Shown here piece by piece: positions 21,644 to 31,733 of a DNA stretch of 64,000 bases. Source of the DNA: an uncultured Bacilli bacterium (GTDB lineage: Bacteria > Bacillota_I > Bacilli_A > RF39 > UBA660); contig CAKPBJ010000004.1 of assembly GCA_934140575.1 (NCBI GenBank), positions 33,274-97,273 on the forward strand, read 5' to 3'. The position numbers were made by a program, and so were the translations under genes. The stretch's first letter is position 1. Each line of letters begins with the position of its first letter. The notes beneath the pieces were generated by a model, which saw nothing but the letters and a program-made list of their open reading frames with translations, was not told where the DNA came from and made no database searches.

Positions 21644-22340
21644 TTTTTAATTTATTAAGAAATTCTTGAAGGTTCTCTGGCTTTAGACTTATTCCGCCTA
21701 AAAGATATCCATCTATGCCTTTACAATTATTTAGGATTTCAATATTTTTTTCATTTGCACTTCCGCCATAAAGAATTTTATTTTTTGGAAGTATTTCCTT
21801 TATTATCTTAAAAACTTCTTCTATTTGTTCATTGGTTGGGATTATTCCTGTTCCTATTGACCATATTGGTTCATAGGCAACAATTATTTTTTCTTGTTCT
21901 TCTTCTGTCAGATTGATAATTGCTGATGTTAGTTCTTTTTTTATTACCTCTTTAACTTTACCTTCTTCTCTTTGTGTTATTGTTTCTCCTATACATAATA
22001 TTGGAGTAATATTATTCTCAAAAAGCATTCTCATTTTCTGATTAATTTCTTCTAAAGATTCTTTTTGATATGCTCTTCTTTCACTATGACCTATTATTGA
22101 ATACTCTACATTAAATGTTTTTAATTGTTCAGCTGATATTTCTCCTGTATAAGCACCATTACTCGTTGCACTTACATTTTGAGAGCCAAGGTGAATATTA
22201 TCTAAATTAAAATTTGCTATGTTCAAAAAAGTGGGACATAATATCATTTTATTATCTGTTATTATTGTAGACAATTTACTCTGATACTCGATAAACTCAT
22301 TTTTATTTAAATTTGACTTATTATTTAGTGCAATAATCAT
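21636..22340 (-). CDS. tpiA: triose-phosphate isomerase
   Basis: The 234-aa ORF has the TIM catalytic motifs (AYEPIWSIGTG, GHSERR). Confidence 0.9.
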   Translation of the reverse strand: MIIALNNKSNLNKNEFIEYQSKLSTIITDNKMILCPTFLNIANFNLDNIHLGSQNVSATSNGAYTGEISAEQLKTFNVEYSIIGHSERRAYQKESLEEINQKMRMLFENNITPILCIGETITQREEGKVKEVIKKELTSAIINLTEEEQEKIIVAYEPIWSIGTGIIPTNEQIEEVFKIIKEILPKNKILYGGSANEKNIEILNNCKGIDGYLLGGISLKPENLQEFLNKLKNR

Positions 22341-23572
22341 TAGAACTTCTCCTTTATTACTTTTATTATTTTAGATATAAATCCAAATCTATTTTCTTCT
22401 TGTTTTTCTTTTATTGCTCTTTGATATACTTCTAAAACTCTATCGGCATAATTTTTTGAACTATAATGTTCAGCTTGAATTCTTGCTTGTTTGTCAAATC
22501 TTTTTAATTCTTTAGGGTTTTGATATAAACGCTTGATTTCTGTTTCATATTCTTCATTAGTTACAAAGAATAAACCATTTAGCTCTTCTGTAACCATACT
22601 TTGAAATGCTTCATCCCTCATACAAACCGGTACTACTTGTGAGGCCATTGCTTCTATTATAGTTAGACCTTGTGTTTCTGTTTTTGATGCAGTAGCAAAT
22701 ACATCTGAGACATGATAGTAATATGGCATGTCTCCCCAAGCTGCTTTTCCTGTAAATATAATATTATTGGAAAGGCCTAGACTATTACTTAATTTTTCAT
22801 ATTTTTCTTTATCTGGACCATCTCCAACAATAATTAGTTTTATATTATTATATTTTTTATTTAAATTTTTTTGTGAGTTTATTAAGAACTCAACATTTTT
22901 TTCTTCGGCAAGTCTTCCAACAAATAATATTACAAAGTCTTTTTTTGATAAATCTAATCTTTTGCGTAAATTTTGTACTTCTTCTTTGTTTATGTTTTCT
23001 TCAAAAAATCTATCAACTTCTATTCCTGTTGGAATTATGTGAATATTTTTTTCAAATTTATATTTTTCAGTGAACAGCTTATATGTCTTTGTTGTTGGGA
23101 CTATTAATTCAGTAGCAGTTGTATCACAATAAAATTTTGTAAAATATTCTAGTAGTTTTTTTGTTGATTTTTTAAAATATCCTTTTGTTACATAATGAAT
23201 ATAATCTTCATACATTGTATGATATGTGTGGACTAGTGGAATATTATATTGTTTGGCAATAATACGAGCAAATGTTCCTACGGCAAATTCTGTTTGTGAG
23301 TGGATTACATCAAGTTTCCAACTTTTTATTTTTTTTACAGCACGAACTGGATATATGCTTGTAAGTCTTGAATCATATATTCCTGTTGGTAAGCCAGGTA
23401 TCTTCAAAACTCTCTCTTTTTCATCATACTCATATTTAAAACTCTCGATATTTGCGGTTACAACATACACTTCATGTCCTTGTTTTTCTAGGGCATGTTT
23501 TAACATAACTTCACTAGTTACTAATCCACTTATATATGGCGTATATGTTTCTGTAAATATTCCTATTCTCAT
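22340..23572 (-). CDS. GT4-family glycosyltransferase (possible glycolipid synthase)
   Basis: The 410-aa ORF has the GT-B fold and a C-terminal Glycos_transf_1-type domain (VGRLAEEKN...EGLTIIEAMA). It overlaps the upstream membrane-protein gene by 4 nt. Confidence 0.75.
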   Translation of the reverse strand: MRIGIFTETYTPYISGLVTSEVMLKHALEKQGHEVYVVTANIESFKYEYDEKERVLKIPGLPTGIYDSRLTSIYPVRAVKKIKSWKLDVIHSQTEFAVGTFARIIAKQYNIPLVHTYHTMYEDYIHYVTKGYFKKSTKKLLEYFTKFYCDTTATELIVPTTKTYKLFTEKYKFEKNIHIIPTGIEVDRFFEENINKEEVQNLRKRLDLSKKDFVILFVGRLAEEKNVEFLINSQKNLNKKYNNIKLIIVGDGPDKEKYEKLSNSLGLSNNIIFTGKAAWGDMPYYYHVSDVFATASKTETQGLTIIEAMASQVVPVCMRDEAFQSMVTEELNGLFFVTNEEYETEIKRLYQNPKELKRFDKQARIQAEHYSSKNYADRVLEVYQRAIKEKQEENRFGFISKIIKVIKEKF

Positions 23573-24570
23573 TTATTCACCTTCTTTTCAAAAATAAATA
23601 TTAGTGCTCCTAAAATCACTCCAAAATAATATGTGATAAATCTCCATATTAACAATACGGCTGATACTGTTCCTGCACCTATAAAATTACCAAAAAATTG
23701 AGTAAATCCATATTCAATACCTCCACTTGCTCCTGGTATTGGGACAAATGCTCCTATTACGTATATGTATGCAGATGCTGTTAATGTATCGGCAACATTT
23801 AAACTATTATAGTCATGCATACTAAATAGAACAAATAATGGTATTATATATAAAAATATAAGGCTTAATATATTTAATCCAATTCCTACAAAAGTTAGTT
23901 TTTTTCTCTTTGATAGTTCTTTGAAACCTTCATATAAATCTTTAAACTTTTCTGTTATTTCTTCTTCTTTTATTTTTAATTTTAATTTTTTTGAAACTTT
24001 TATTGTGAAATTACACATTTTTTTTGTAGCTTTTTTTGAGTTTGCAACTAATAGTAAAACTATTACAACACCTATATTTATTAAAAAACCAAGTAAAACT
24101 AAATACTTTAAGAAGTTTACTTCTGGGAATATTTTAAAAATAAAGTTATATGTTACTGCGAAAATTCCACAGATTACTAGAGCAATTTGATAAAATATAA
24201 AACTTTGTACTGTGTAATTAGTTGCTTTTGAAAGAGAGATATTATGTTCTGTTAACATATATATTTCCATTGGCTGACCACCTGTTGAGAATGGTGTTAT
24301 TCCATTAAAAAATTGTGTTATTAAATTGTGTTTTATTGCTTCTTTTACGTTTATCTTTTTTTTATCGTTTACAATAAGATAATTCACAATTCCCTTTAAT
24401 GCTATGGATATAAATAAAGAGATTACTGCAAGAAGTACATATTTTATATCAATTGTACTCATAGCTTTAACTATCGATGACCAATCATCTTTTAAAACTA
24501 TATAAAGTACTATTGCCGTTATAAGGAATAAAATAATTGTATTTTTTTTAATTGTATTTATAAAATTCAT
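23569..24570 (-). CDS. UPF0104/flippase-like polytopic membrane protein (LPG-synthase TM-region family)
   Basis: The 333-aa ORF has about 8 TM segments, and its Gly/Pro-rich segments resemble the YbhN/UPF0104 family. It is coupled to the GT4 gene. Confidence 0.5.
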   Translation of the reverse strand: MNFINTIKKNTIILFLITAIVLYIVLKDDWSSIVKAMSTIDIKYVLLAVISLFISIALKGIVNYLIVNDKKKINVKEAIKHNLITQFFNGITPFSTGGQPMEIYMLTEHNISLSKATNYTVQSFIFYQIALVICGIFAVTYNFIFKIFPEVNFLKYLVLLGFLINIGVVIVLLLVANSKKATKKMCNFTIKVSKKLKLKIKEEEITEKFKDLYEGFKELSKRKKLTFVGIGLNILSLIFLYIIPLFVLFSMHDYNSLNVADTLTASAYIYVIGAFVPIPGASGGIEYGFTQFFGNFIGAGTVSAVLLIWRFITYYFGVILGALIFIFEKKVNK

Positions 24571-25073
24571 GATAATTTCCTTTGAGTTTCTAATTCTTCT
24601 TCTCTTTCTTTTAAAAAGACTATTTCCCCTTCATTTTCTCCTAAATTTTCAAAGCTATTTTGCTTTAGAATATCAATCATAGTTTTATCTTCTGGTGATA
24701 CTTTTACAAATATCTCTTCCATTTTTAAATGATTTATTGCATAGTCCGTGGCAATTCCTATTAAATTTCTTTTCTTTAATTTCTTTTTTAAAGGTGCAAA
24801 AGAGATAGTACAGGCTTTAATATCTTTTTCTCCCTCTATGTAACATAAGTCTATTACTTTTGAATTGAATTCTAGAAAAAGTGATTCTTTAATTTCGTTT
24901 GATAGTTTTTTGTTTTTTTCATATTCTGCTTTTTCAACATTTGATACATGAGAAATGTATGTTCCGGTTGATGTTACTATTCCATTTTCTTTTTCAAATT
25001 CTTCAATCATCTTTTTATAGTCTTCATCATAGGGATCAACCAATAATAGTTTTTCGTTATTCAATTTACTCAC
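24567..25073 (-). CDS. hypothetical protein
   Basis: The 168-aa ORF starts 1 nt after the pgk stop and overlaps the next gene, so it is co-operonic with pgk. Confidence 0.5.
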   Translation of the reverse strand: MSKLNNEKLLLVDPYDEDYKKMIEEFEKENGIVTSTGTYISHVSNVEKAEYEKNKKLSNEIKESLFLEFNSKVIDLCYIEGEKDIKACTISFAPLKKKLKKRNLIGIATDYAINHLKMEEIFVKVSPEDKTMIDILKQNSFENLGENEGEIVFLKEREEELETQRKLS

Positions 25074-26246
25074 CTACTTAATTGCTTCTAATCCTGGTAA
25101 CTTCTTTCCCTCCAAAAACTCAAGTGTTGCTCCGCCACCAGTTGATGCATGATAAACTTTTTCTTTATATCCTGAATTACTTGCGGCAGCTACTATATCT
25201 CCTCCACCTAGTATCATTTTAATATTATTTGATACAGCATATTCTAATAACTCATCGGTTCCTTTTTTATACTTATCAAATTCATATACTCCAAGAGGTC
25301 CATTCCATAATACTATTGATGCATTTTTTATGATATTTTGATATTTTTCAATTGATTGTGGTCCAATATCTAATCCCATTTCATCATTGGCTATGTTGGT
25401 TACTTCTTTTACTCTATATTCTTCATCATTTGTATATTCATTTGTTACTGCAAAATCTACTGGAAGTTCAATCTTATCTTTATAGTTTTCTAACATTTTT
25501 TTACAGAAGTCAATATTTTCTTTATCTAATAATGATTTTCCTATTTCATATCCTTGGGCTTTTAGGAATGTAAATGCCATTCCACCACCTATTAAAATCT
25601 TGTCAGCTTTTGTTACTAAGTTTTCTATTACGCCAATTTTATCAGCAACTTTTGCTCCACCTAAAATTACAATAAATGGATGTTCTGGATTTTCTAAAAC
25701 ATTTAATGCATTTAATTCTTTTTCAATTAAGAAACCAATACATGATTCTAAGTTACTTGCTATTCCAACGTTTGAAGCATGAGCTCTGTGGATAGTTCCA
25801 AATGCATCATTTACGAATATATCTCCTAATGATGCCCAATATCTTCCTAGTTCAGGATCATTTTTGCTTTCTTTTTTTCCATCTAAGTCTTCATATCTTG
25901 TGTTTTGAATTAATAAAACATCTCCTGGTTCCATACTATCTACAGTTGCTTCTAATTCACTACCTCTTGTTTTTTCACTAAAAAGTATGTCTTTTTCCAA
26001 AAGCTTTGATAATTCTTGTGCTACTGGTGCTAAATTATTCTTATCTAGGTCTGATTCTTCTTTTATTCTTCCTAAATGTGATAATAATATTACCTTTGCA
26101 TTATGTTCTATTGCATACTTTATTGTTGGAAGTGCTCCGACAATTCTTGTATTGTCTACTATTTTTCCTTCTTTTATTGGTACATTAAAATCACATCTTA
26201 TTAATACTTTTTTATTATTTATATCAATATCTTTTATTGTTTTCAT
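25074..26246 (-). CDS. pgk: phosphoglycerate kinase
   Basis: The 390-aa ORF has PGK family sequence (KVLIRCDFNVP; GGGASLEFLEGK-like C-terminus). Confidence 0.95.
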   Translation of the reverse strand: MKTIKDIDINNKKVLIRCDFNVPIKEGKIVDNTRIVGALPTIKYAIEHNAKVILLSHLGRIKEESDLDKNNLAPVAQELSKLLEKDILFSEKTRGSELEATVDSMEPGDVLLIQNTRYEDLDGKKESKNDPELGRYWASLGDIFVNDAFGTIHRAHASNVGIASNLESCIGFLIEKELNALNVLENPEHPFIVILGGAKVADKIGVIENLVTKADKILIGGGMAFTFLKAQGYEIGKSLLDKENIDFCKKMLENYKDKIELPVDFAVTNEYTNDEEYRVKEVTNIANDEMGLDIGPQSIEKYQNIIKNASIVLWNGPLGVYEFDKYKKGTDELLEYAVSNNIKMILGGGDIVAAASNSGYKEKVYHASTGGGATLEFLEGKKLPGLEAIK

Positions 26247-26310
26247 TAGCCAATTCTCCTATCTATTTCAGTATAACATTATTTTAAATCAAAAAAAAGG
26301 GAGTTTACCC

Positions 26311-27315
26311 CTATTTAGTCATTAAATACTTTGCAGTTCTTACCATTTGTGCTGTATAAGACATTTCATTATCATACCAAGATACAACTTTAACTAGTTG
26401 TTTTCCGTCTACTTCTACTATACTTGTTAATTGTCCATCTACTAATGAACCACAACGTCTTCCAATTACATCACTAGAAACAATTGGATCTTCTGTATAT
26501 TTTAACGTTTCATTTTGAGAATTTTTTAATGTATTATTAATTTCTTCTACTGTTGTATTTCTTCCAAGCTCTAATACTAAATCAACTACTGAACCTGTTG
26601 GCACTGGTACACGCATTGCAGTTCCTTCAAGTTTACCATCTAAGTTAGGGCATACTTTTCCAATTGCTGAAGCTGCTCCTGTAGATGTTGGAACGATATT
26701 TGCTGCGCACGCTCTTCCACGACGAGCATTTATTCCTTTTTTATGTGCAACATCTAAAGTAACTTGGTCATTAGTGTATGCATGAACTGTTGTCATATAT
26801 CCTTTATTTATTCCAAATTCTCTATCAAGTACATCTACTACTGGTGCTAAACAATTTGTTGTACAAGATGCTGCTGAGATTATCTTTTCATCTCCTGTTA
26901 AATTTTCGTGGTTTACGTTATAAACTATAGTTTTTACATCACCTTTAGCTGGTGCAGAAATTATTACATGTTTTGCTCCTGCATTAATATGAGCCATGGC
27001 CTTTTCTTCTGATGTAAATAGTCCAGTACATTCAAATACTACATCAATATCTAAATCTTTCCATGGTAACATAGCTGGATCCTTTTCTGAGTAAACTTTA
27101 ACTCTTCTATCTCCTATTACTATATATTCTCCATCGCTTGTAATTTCATCAATTCTATAGTTTCTGTGATTAGTATCATACTTTAATAAATATGCTAATT
27201 GTTCTGCATCAGTTAAATCATTAATTGCTACTACTTCAAACTCCTCATTTTCTTCCATTAAACGGAAACATAATCTTCCGATTCTTCCAAATCCGTTGAT
27301 TGCTACTTTTATCAT
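26311..27315 (-). CDS. gap: glyceraldehyde-3-phosphate dehydrogenase
   Basis: The 334-aa ORF has the NAD-binding motif (INGFGRIGR) and the catalytic Cys (SCTTNCLAP). Confidence 0.95.
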   Translation of the reverse strand: MIKVAINGFGRIGRLCFRLMEENEEFEVVAINDLTDAEQLAYLLKYDTNHRNYRIDEITSDGEYIVIGDRRVKVYSEKDPAMLPWKDLDIDVVFECTGLFTSEEKAMAHINAGAKHVIISAPAKGDVKTIVYNVNHENLTGDEKIISAASCTTNCLAPVVDVLDREFGINKGYMTTVHAYTNDQVTLDVAHKKGINARRGRACAANIVPTSTGAASAIGKVCPNLDGKLEGTAMRVPVPTGSVVDLVLELGRNTTVEEINNTLKNSQNETLKYTEDPIVSSDVIGRRCGSLVDGQLTSIVEVDGKQLVKVVSWYDNEMSYTAQMVRTAKYLMTK

Positions 27316-27337
27316 TTTTCAATCCTCCTATGCTTTC

Positions 27338-27366
27338 ATTATATATTTTTATCTTTTTTGTTTCAA
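27338..27366 (-). promoter_or_regulatory. sigma-A-type promoter upstream of gap
   Basis: The minus strand reads TTGAAA, then 17 nt, then TATAAT. It lies about 25 nt upstream of the AGGAGG RBS of gap. Confidence 0.55.
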
Positions 27367-27464
27367 TATATTCAACAAGTTTTAGTTGTAAAGATGTCAA
27401 ATAAAAATATCCACAGAAATTGTGAATACTTTATATTTTAGTTTTGTTTTTCCACAAAAAATGT

Positions 27465-29132
27465 TTATTCTGCATTGAAATAACTTCCACCAATAAATTC
27501 TCTTATAACAGCATCTTCGGGAATTGATTCAGATGGTATTGGTAAGAATGATCTTAAGAAGTTAATTAATCTTTTAGCTTCTTCATAGTATGGAGAATCA
27601 CTTTCTACAGAATATAATAATGGTTCAGCATATGTTTTAAGAACTCCAATTTCATAAATTGCTGCAGAATTTATGGTAACATCACTTTCATCTTGGAATG
27701 GGAAAATGTATTTTTCTTCTCCAATTCGAACGCTTGGCCATTGTGCTAATGTTTTTTCTACACTATAATTTCTTGTTCTGTTATCGCGAACTATTCTTCT
27801 TAGAAGTCTATTGTCTGTTGTTGGGATTCTATTATGATCATCTATACTTAATTCAGTTAATGGTGAAATATATATTTTAAATTTCTTTTCACGACTTATA
27901 TTTGATAATACTTTAGGATCAAGTGCGTGAATACCTTCAATTATTAAAATATCTTTTTCATCTAATTTCATTTCCGTATTATATTCTTTTTTTCCTAAAC
28001 TAAAATTATATTTTGGCATCTTTACAGTTTTGCCATCTAATAACTCTGAAATTTTTTTATCAAATAATTTTAAATCTACGGCTTCTAAACATTCGAAATC
28101 ATAACTACCATCTTCATTTTTTGGAGTTTCTTCTAATTCCATAAAAAAGTCGTCCATACCAACTGTTTTTGGCTCAAGTCCAAAGCTTTTTAGATACATA
28201 CATAATTTTCTTGATGTAGTCGTTTTTCCTGATGATGATGGTCCTGCCATTAAAACAATCTTAACCTTATTTTTTCTTGTATTTATTGATTTTGCGACAT
28301 TTAATAGACGATTGCTTTGAAGTGTTTCATCAATTTTTATTAATTCGCTTATTTTCCCTGTTGATACAACTTTATTTAAGTCTACTGAGTTCTTTACTCC
28401 TATTAATTTAGCCCATTCTTTATATTCAGCAAATATTTCAAACATATGTGGATGATGTTGATATTTTTTTATTTTGTCATTTATATAAATTGTTGGGAAT
28501 CTTAGAGTAAAGCCATTATCTTTAATATAAGTTAAATCAAATGCTTTTAGTTTAGCTGTTGATGGTGGCATTTGGTTGTAGAAATAATCATAGATATTAC
28601 CTAATCTATATAGTGTTACGTAACTATCAGTATTGTATCTTAGGGTATCAGCCTTTGTTTGGTTTCCGACTTCTTCAAAATATTTTTTTGCTTCTAGTCT
28701 ATCAATGGTTACTTTAGTAATTGGTAAGTCTTTTTTTACGATTTCTTTCATTAAGTTTTTTATCTTTTCTAACTTTTCTTCTGTTAGTTTAAAACTTGTT
28801 TTAATATATATTCCTTTATCTAATGAGTGTTCTACAGTTATGTTTGCAGATTTTCCATATAATTTTTTTACAGCATAAATAAGCATAAATACAAGTCCAT
28901 TTACATGAGCTCTATTTCCTGCTGGTGTTGTCAAATCAATAAACTCTACTACAGAATTTTCTTTTATTTTTGATGATAATTCTCTTAATACATTATTAAC
29001 TCTAGCTAGAATTATTGGATACTTAAATTCAGGTTGATGCTCTTTATAAATTTCTAATAAAGTTACATCTTTACTATAATTATACTTTTTTCCATTAATA
29101 GTTACTTCGACTGTCTCAATCACACTATTCAC
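27465..29132 (-). CDS. TGS-domain/uridine-kinase-family nucleoside kinase fusion protein
   Basis: The 555-aa ORF has an N-terminal ThrRS-like TGS domain and a central P-loop (VLMAGPSSSGKTTTSRKL) of the Udk/PRK-type kinase fold. Confidence 0.7.
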   Translation of the reverse strand: MNSVIETVEVTINGKKYNYSKDVTLLEIYKEHQPEFKYPIILARVNNVLRELSSKIKENSVVEFIDLTTPAGNRAHVNGLVFMLIYAVKKLYGKSANITVEHSLDKGIYIKTSFKLTEEKLEKIKNLMKEIVKKDLPITKVTIDRLEAKKYFEEVGNQTKADTLRYNTDSYVTLYRLGNIYDYFYNQMPPSTAKLKAFDLTYIKDNGFTLRFPTIYINDKIKKYQHHPHMFEIFAEYKEWAKLIGVKNSVDLNKVVSTGKISELIKIDETLQSNRLLNVAKSINTRKNKVKIVLMAGPSSSGKTTTSRKLCMYLKSFGLEPKTVGMDDFFMELEETPKNEDGSYDFECLEAVDLKLFDKKISELLDGKTVKMPKYNFSLGKKEYNTEMKLDEKDILIIEGIHALDPKVLSNISREKKFKIYISPLTELSIDDHNRIPTTDNRLLRRIVRDNRTRNYSVEKTLAQWPSVRIGEEKYIFPFQDESDVTINSAAIYEIGVLKTYAEPLLYSVESDSPYYEEAKRLINFLRSFLPIPSESIPEDAVIREFIGGSYFNAE

Positions 29133-29223
29133 TCCCTTATAATATTATGTTAAGTATAACATATTTTGTAATATTATTATATGCATATTTTTTTTAATTG
29201 ACACTATATTTATAATGGGTGAT

Positions 29224-29796
29224 ATGATGAATTTGATTCCTATGGTATTTGATAAGAGTAGTGATTTAATGGGATATGATATTTATTCTAAGTTACTAGA
29301 ACATAGAATTATATTTATTAGTGGCGAAATTGATGATAATTTGAGTAATACTGTTATTGCGGAATTACTTTATTTGGATTCTATTTCTAATGAGGACATT
29401 TATATTTATATTAATTCAATTGGTGGAAGTGTTAGTAGTGGATTGTCTATTTATGATACTATAAATATTATTAAAAGTGATGTTTGTACTGTTGGTATTG
29501 GTATTTGTGCTAGTATGGGAGCTTTTCTTTTGTCTAGTGGTTGTAAAGGTAAAAGGTTTATTCTTGAAAATACTGAGGTGATGATTCATCAAGTAAGCAG
29601 TGGTTTTGAGGGACAGACTGATAATATTAAACTGATGAGTGATAGAATATTTGTACTTCAAAAGAGGCTTAATAAAATTCTTTCTAAAAATACTCATAAA
29701 AGTTTAAAAAAAATAGAAACTGATATAAAGCATGATTATTATATGGATTCTATTCAAGCTATAGAATATGGGATTGTGGATAAAATATTAAAATAA
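29224..29796 (+). CDS. clpP: ATP-dependent Clp protease proteolytic subunit
   Basis: MMNLIPMV...YDIYSKLLEHRIIF matches ClpP. The catalytic Ser (ASMGAFLL) and His (MIHQ) are present. GGGTGA lies upstream of the ATG at 29224. Confidence 0.9.
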   Translation: MMNLIPMVFDKSSDLMGYDIYSKLLEHRIIFISGEIDDNLSNTVIAELLYLDSISNEDIYIYINSIGGSVSSGLSIYDTINIIKSDVCTVGIGICASMGAFLLSSGCKGKRFILENTEVMIHQVSSGFEGQTDNIKLMSDRIFVLQKRLNKILSKNTHKSLKKIETDIKHDYYMDSIQAIEYGIVDKILK

Positions 29797-29824
29797 AAAA
29801 TATCTACTAATTATAGATATTTTA
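29795..29824. terminator. bidirectional terminator between convergent clpP and whiA
   Basis: AAATATCTA ctaatta TAGATATTT is a perfect 9-bp inverted repeat with an A-run before it and a T-run after it. Confidence 0.6.
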
Positions 29825-30769
29825 ATTATTTTTATTACGATCAGCTTTTTCAAATGAATCGGCTAGATCTTTAATTTTTCTCATTCTATGATTCATACCT
29901 GATTTAGATATTGATTTTCCTGTTTCTAGAGTAATTATTTCTGCTAATTCTTTTAGTGATGACTCTTTATATGCTTTTCTATATTTTAAAGCGACTTTTG
30001 CTCGGTCATCTAATAGGTCTATTCCATCATGGTCTTCTATAATTTTAATTTGTCTTAGTTGTTCATTTGCTGTTTCAAAAACTCTATCAATATTTGCTTG
30101 TTCCATATTATTCAATCTGTTTGTTTTATTTTTTTGATCACGATATATCCTTACATTTTCATAGTATAATACTGCTTGATTAGCTCCTAATAGTTTTATA
30201 AAGTCACTTATTTTTTCAGCTTCTTTTATATATATCATATATCCTTTTTCTCTATTTAGAATTTTAGCATTTAAATCAAATAGATTTAATAATTTTTGAA
30301 CAAATACTGCTTCTTCAGGTTCTGTTACTAGTATTTCCATATGATATCTTGATATTTTTGGATCACTGATACTGCCTGATGCGAAGAATACTCCTCTTAA
30401 ATAAGCTCTTATTTCTTCGTTTGCTCCTACAATGTAAGTTGGAACTGTTGGTAAATAGTTATTTTCTTCATCAATTATTCCTAAGTCTTTAAGTAGTCCC
30501 TGAACGTTATTATCTATTATAACTTGATATAATTCTCTTTTACTAAAATTTAGGTTTTCTATAATTTCTATTTTTGGAATAATATCTGTTATTGATGTTA
30601 TAAAATAATTTACTCTTTCTACTAAGAATCTATTTTCTGTATTTAGAGTAATTTTATCATCATTTATTAAACCATTATTTCTGATGTATGCTGATAACTC
30701 AGCTATTATTTCTGATCTTGTACTTTTAATTTTAGATATTTCTTCTTTTATTTTTACAGTGAATGACAT
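29822..30769 (-). CDS. whiA: DNA-binding protein WhiA
   Basis: The 315-aa ORF has a LAGLIDADG-like core and a C-terminal HTH (LKELAEIITLETGKSISKSGMNHRMRKI). It lies downstream of yvcK. Confidence 0.85.
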   Translation of the reverse strand: MSFTVKIKEEISKIKSTRSEIIAELSAYIRNNGLINDDKITLNTENRFLVERVNYFITSITDIIPKIEIIENLNFSKRELYQVIIDNNVQGLLKDLGIIDEENNYLPTVPTYIVGANEEIRAYLRGVFFASGSISDPKISRYHMEILVTEPEEAVFVQKLLNLFDLNAKILNREKGYMIYIKEAEKISDFIKLLGANQAVLYYENVRIYRDQKNKTNRLNNMEQANIDRVFETANEQLRQIKIIEDHDGIDLLDDRAKVALKYRKAYKESSLKELAEIITLETGKSISKSGMNHRMRKIKDLADSFEKADRNKNN

Positions 30770-31722
30770 TATTTTCTCATTAGATATGAAAATATTAATG
30801 AACTTAGTTTTAAGCTATTATGTTTTAATGTATTATCATCAATTGTTATTAGGTCATCTTCTATTAGTTCTACGCCTATTTTTTTAATTTCATCATAGTC
30901 TATTAAAACTGGGTCTTTTTGTTCTTGGCTTTCATATCTTTTTGCCATTTCATCATCTATTTTTGTATTGCTGGCGATTACTACGTCAACTTTCTTTTTA
31001 TCTAAATATCTATTTAAAAGTTTTACATGATCACCTACCGTGAAATTATCAGTTTCTCCTGGTTGAGTTACTATATTACAAGTATACATAATTGGTGCTT
31101 TACTTTCATTAAGAACTTCTTCTACTTCTTTACAAATAATATTTGGAAGAACGCTTGTATATAAACTACCCATACTAATTATTATTAAGTCTGCATTTTT
31201 TATTGCTTCTAGAGCCTCATGTGATACCTTTGGTTCTTTTTTATAAAAGATTTTTTCAAATTGACGGTGTGATTCTGTAATTTGTTCTTCTCCTTCAATT
31301 ATATTTCCATCTTTATCTAAGCCCATTAGTGTTAAATCACAATCTTCTGATATAGGTAAGACTTTGTGTCTTACGTCTAATAATTTGCTTAATTGTTTTA
31401 TTGATTCTGTTAGTGATCCTGTTATATCTAACATTGCAGTTAAGATTAAATTTCCTACTGCGTGTCCATCTAGATCACTTGATGTTTTAAAGCGATATGA
31501 CATCATATCTTTGATTGGTTGGTCTATTTGTGAAAGATTTGTTATAACCTTTCTTATATCTCCAACTGCTGGTGTGTGGAATTCTTCTCTTAATTTTCCA
31601 GTTGATCTTCCATTATCTGAAACTGTTATTATGGCTGTAATATCTACTGGAAAGTCTTTTAGTCCTTTTAATAAATAAGACATTCCTGTTCCTCCACCTA
31701 AAACTACTACTTTTTTATACAT
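30769..31722 (-). CDS. yvcK: gluconeogenesis factor YvcK (UPF0052/CofD-like)
   Basis: MYKKVVVLGGGTGMSYLLKGLK is the YvcK N-terminus. The gene is paired with whiA. Confidence 0.85.
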   Translation of the reverse strand: MYKKVVVLGGGTGMSYLLKGLKDFPVDITAIITVSDNGRSTGKLREEFHTPAVGDIRKVITNLSQIDQPIKDMMSYRFKTSSDLDGHAVGNLILTAMLDITGSLTESIKQLSKLLDVRHKVLPISEDCDLTLMGLDKDGNIIEGEEQITESHRQFEKIFYKKEPKVSHEALEAIKNADLIIISMGSLYTSVLPNIICKEVEEVLNESKAPIMYTCNIVTQPGETDNFTVGDHVKLLNRYLDKKKVDVVIASNTKIDDEMAKRYESQEQKDPVLIDYDEIKKIGVELIEDDLITIDDNTLKHNSLKLSSLIFSYLMRK

Positions 31723-31733
31723 TTATGTCCTCC

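Noticed and set aside
27402-27420. A Rex (TTGTGAA-N4-TTCACAA) or CRP/FNR-type operator upstream of gap.
   Set aside because: The half-sites are arranged CACA...TGTG, the reverse of the Rex/CRP TGTG...CACA order. Only one half-site matches TTGTGAA. The observation is kept as an unassigned palindromic motif.
29133-29223. TTGACA and TATAAT hexamers upstream of clpP as its promoter, and a CtsR operator.
   Set aside because: The two hexamers are only 7 nt apart, not 16-18, and no GGTCAAA-type CtsR repeat is present. The promoter is left unassigned.
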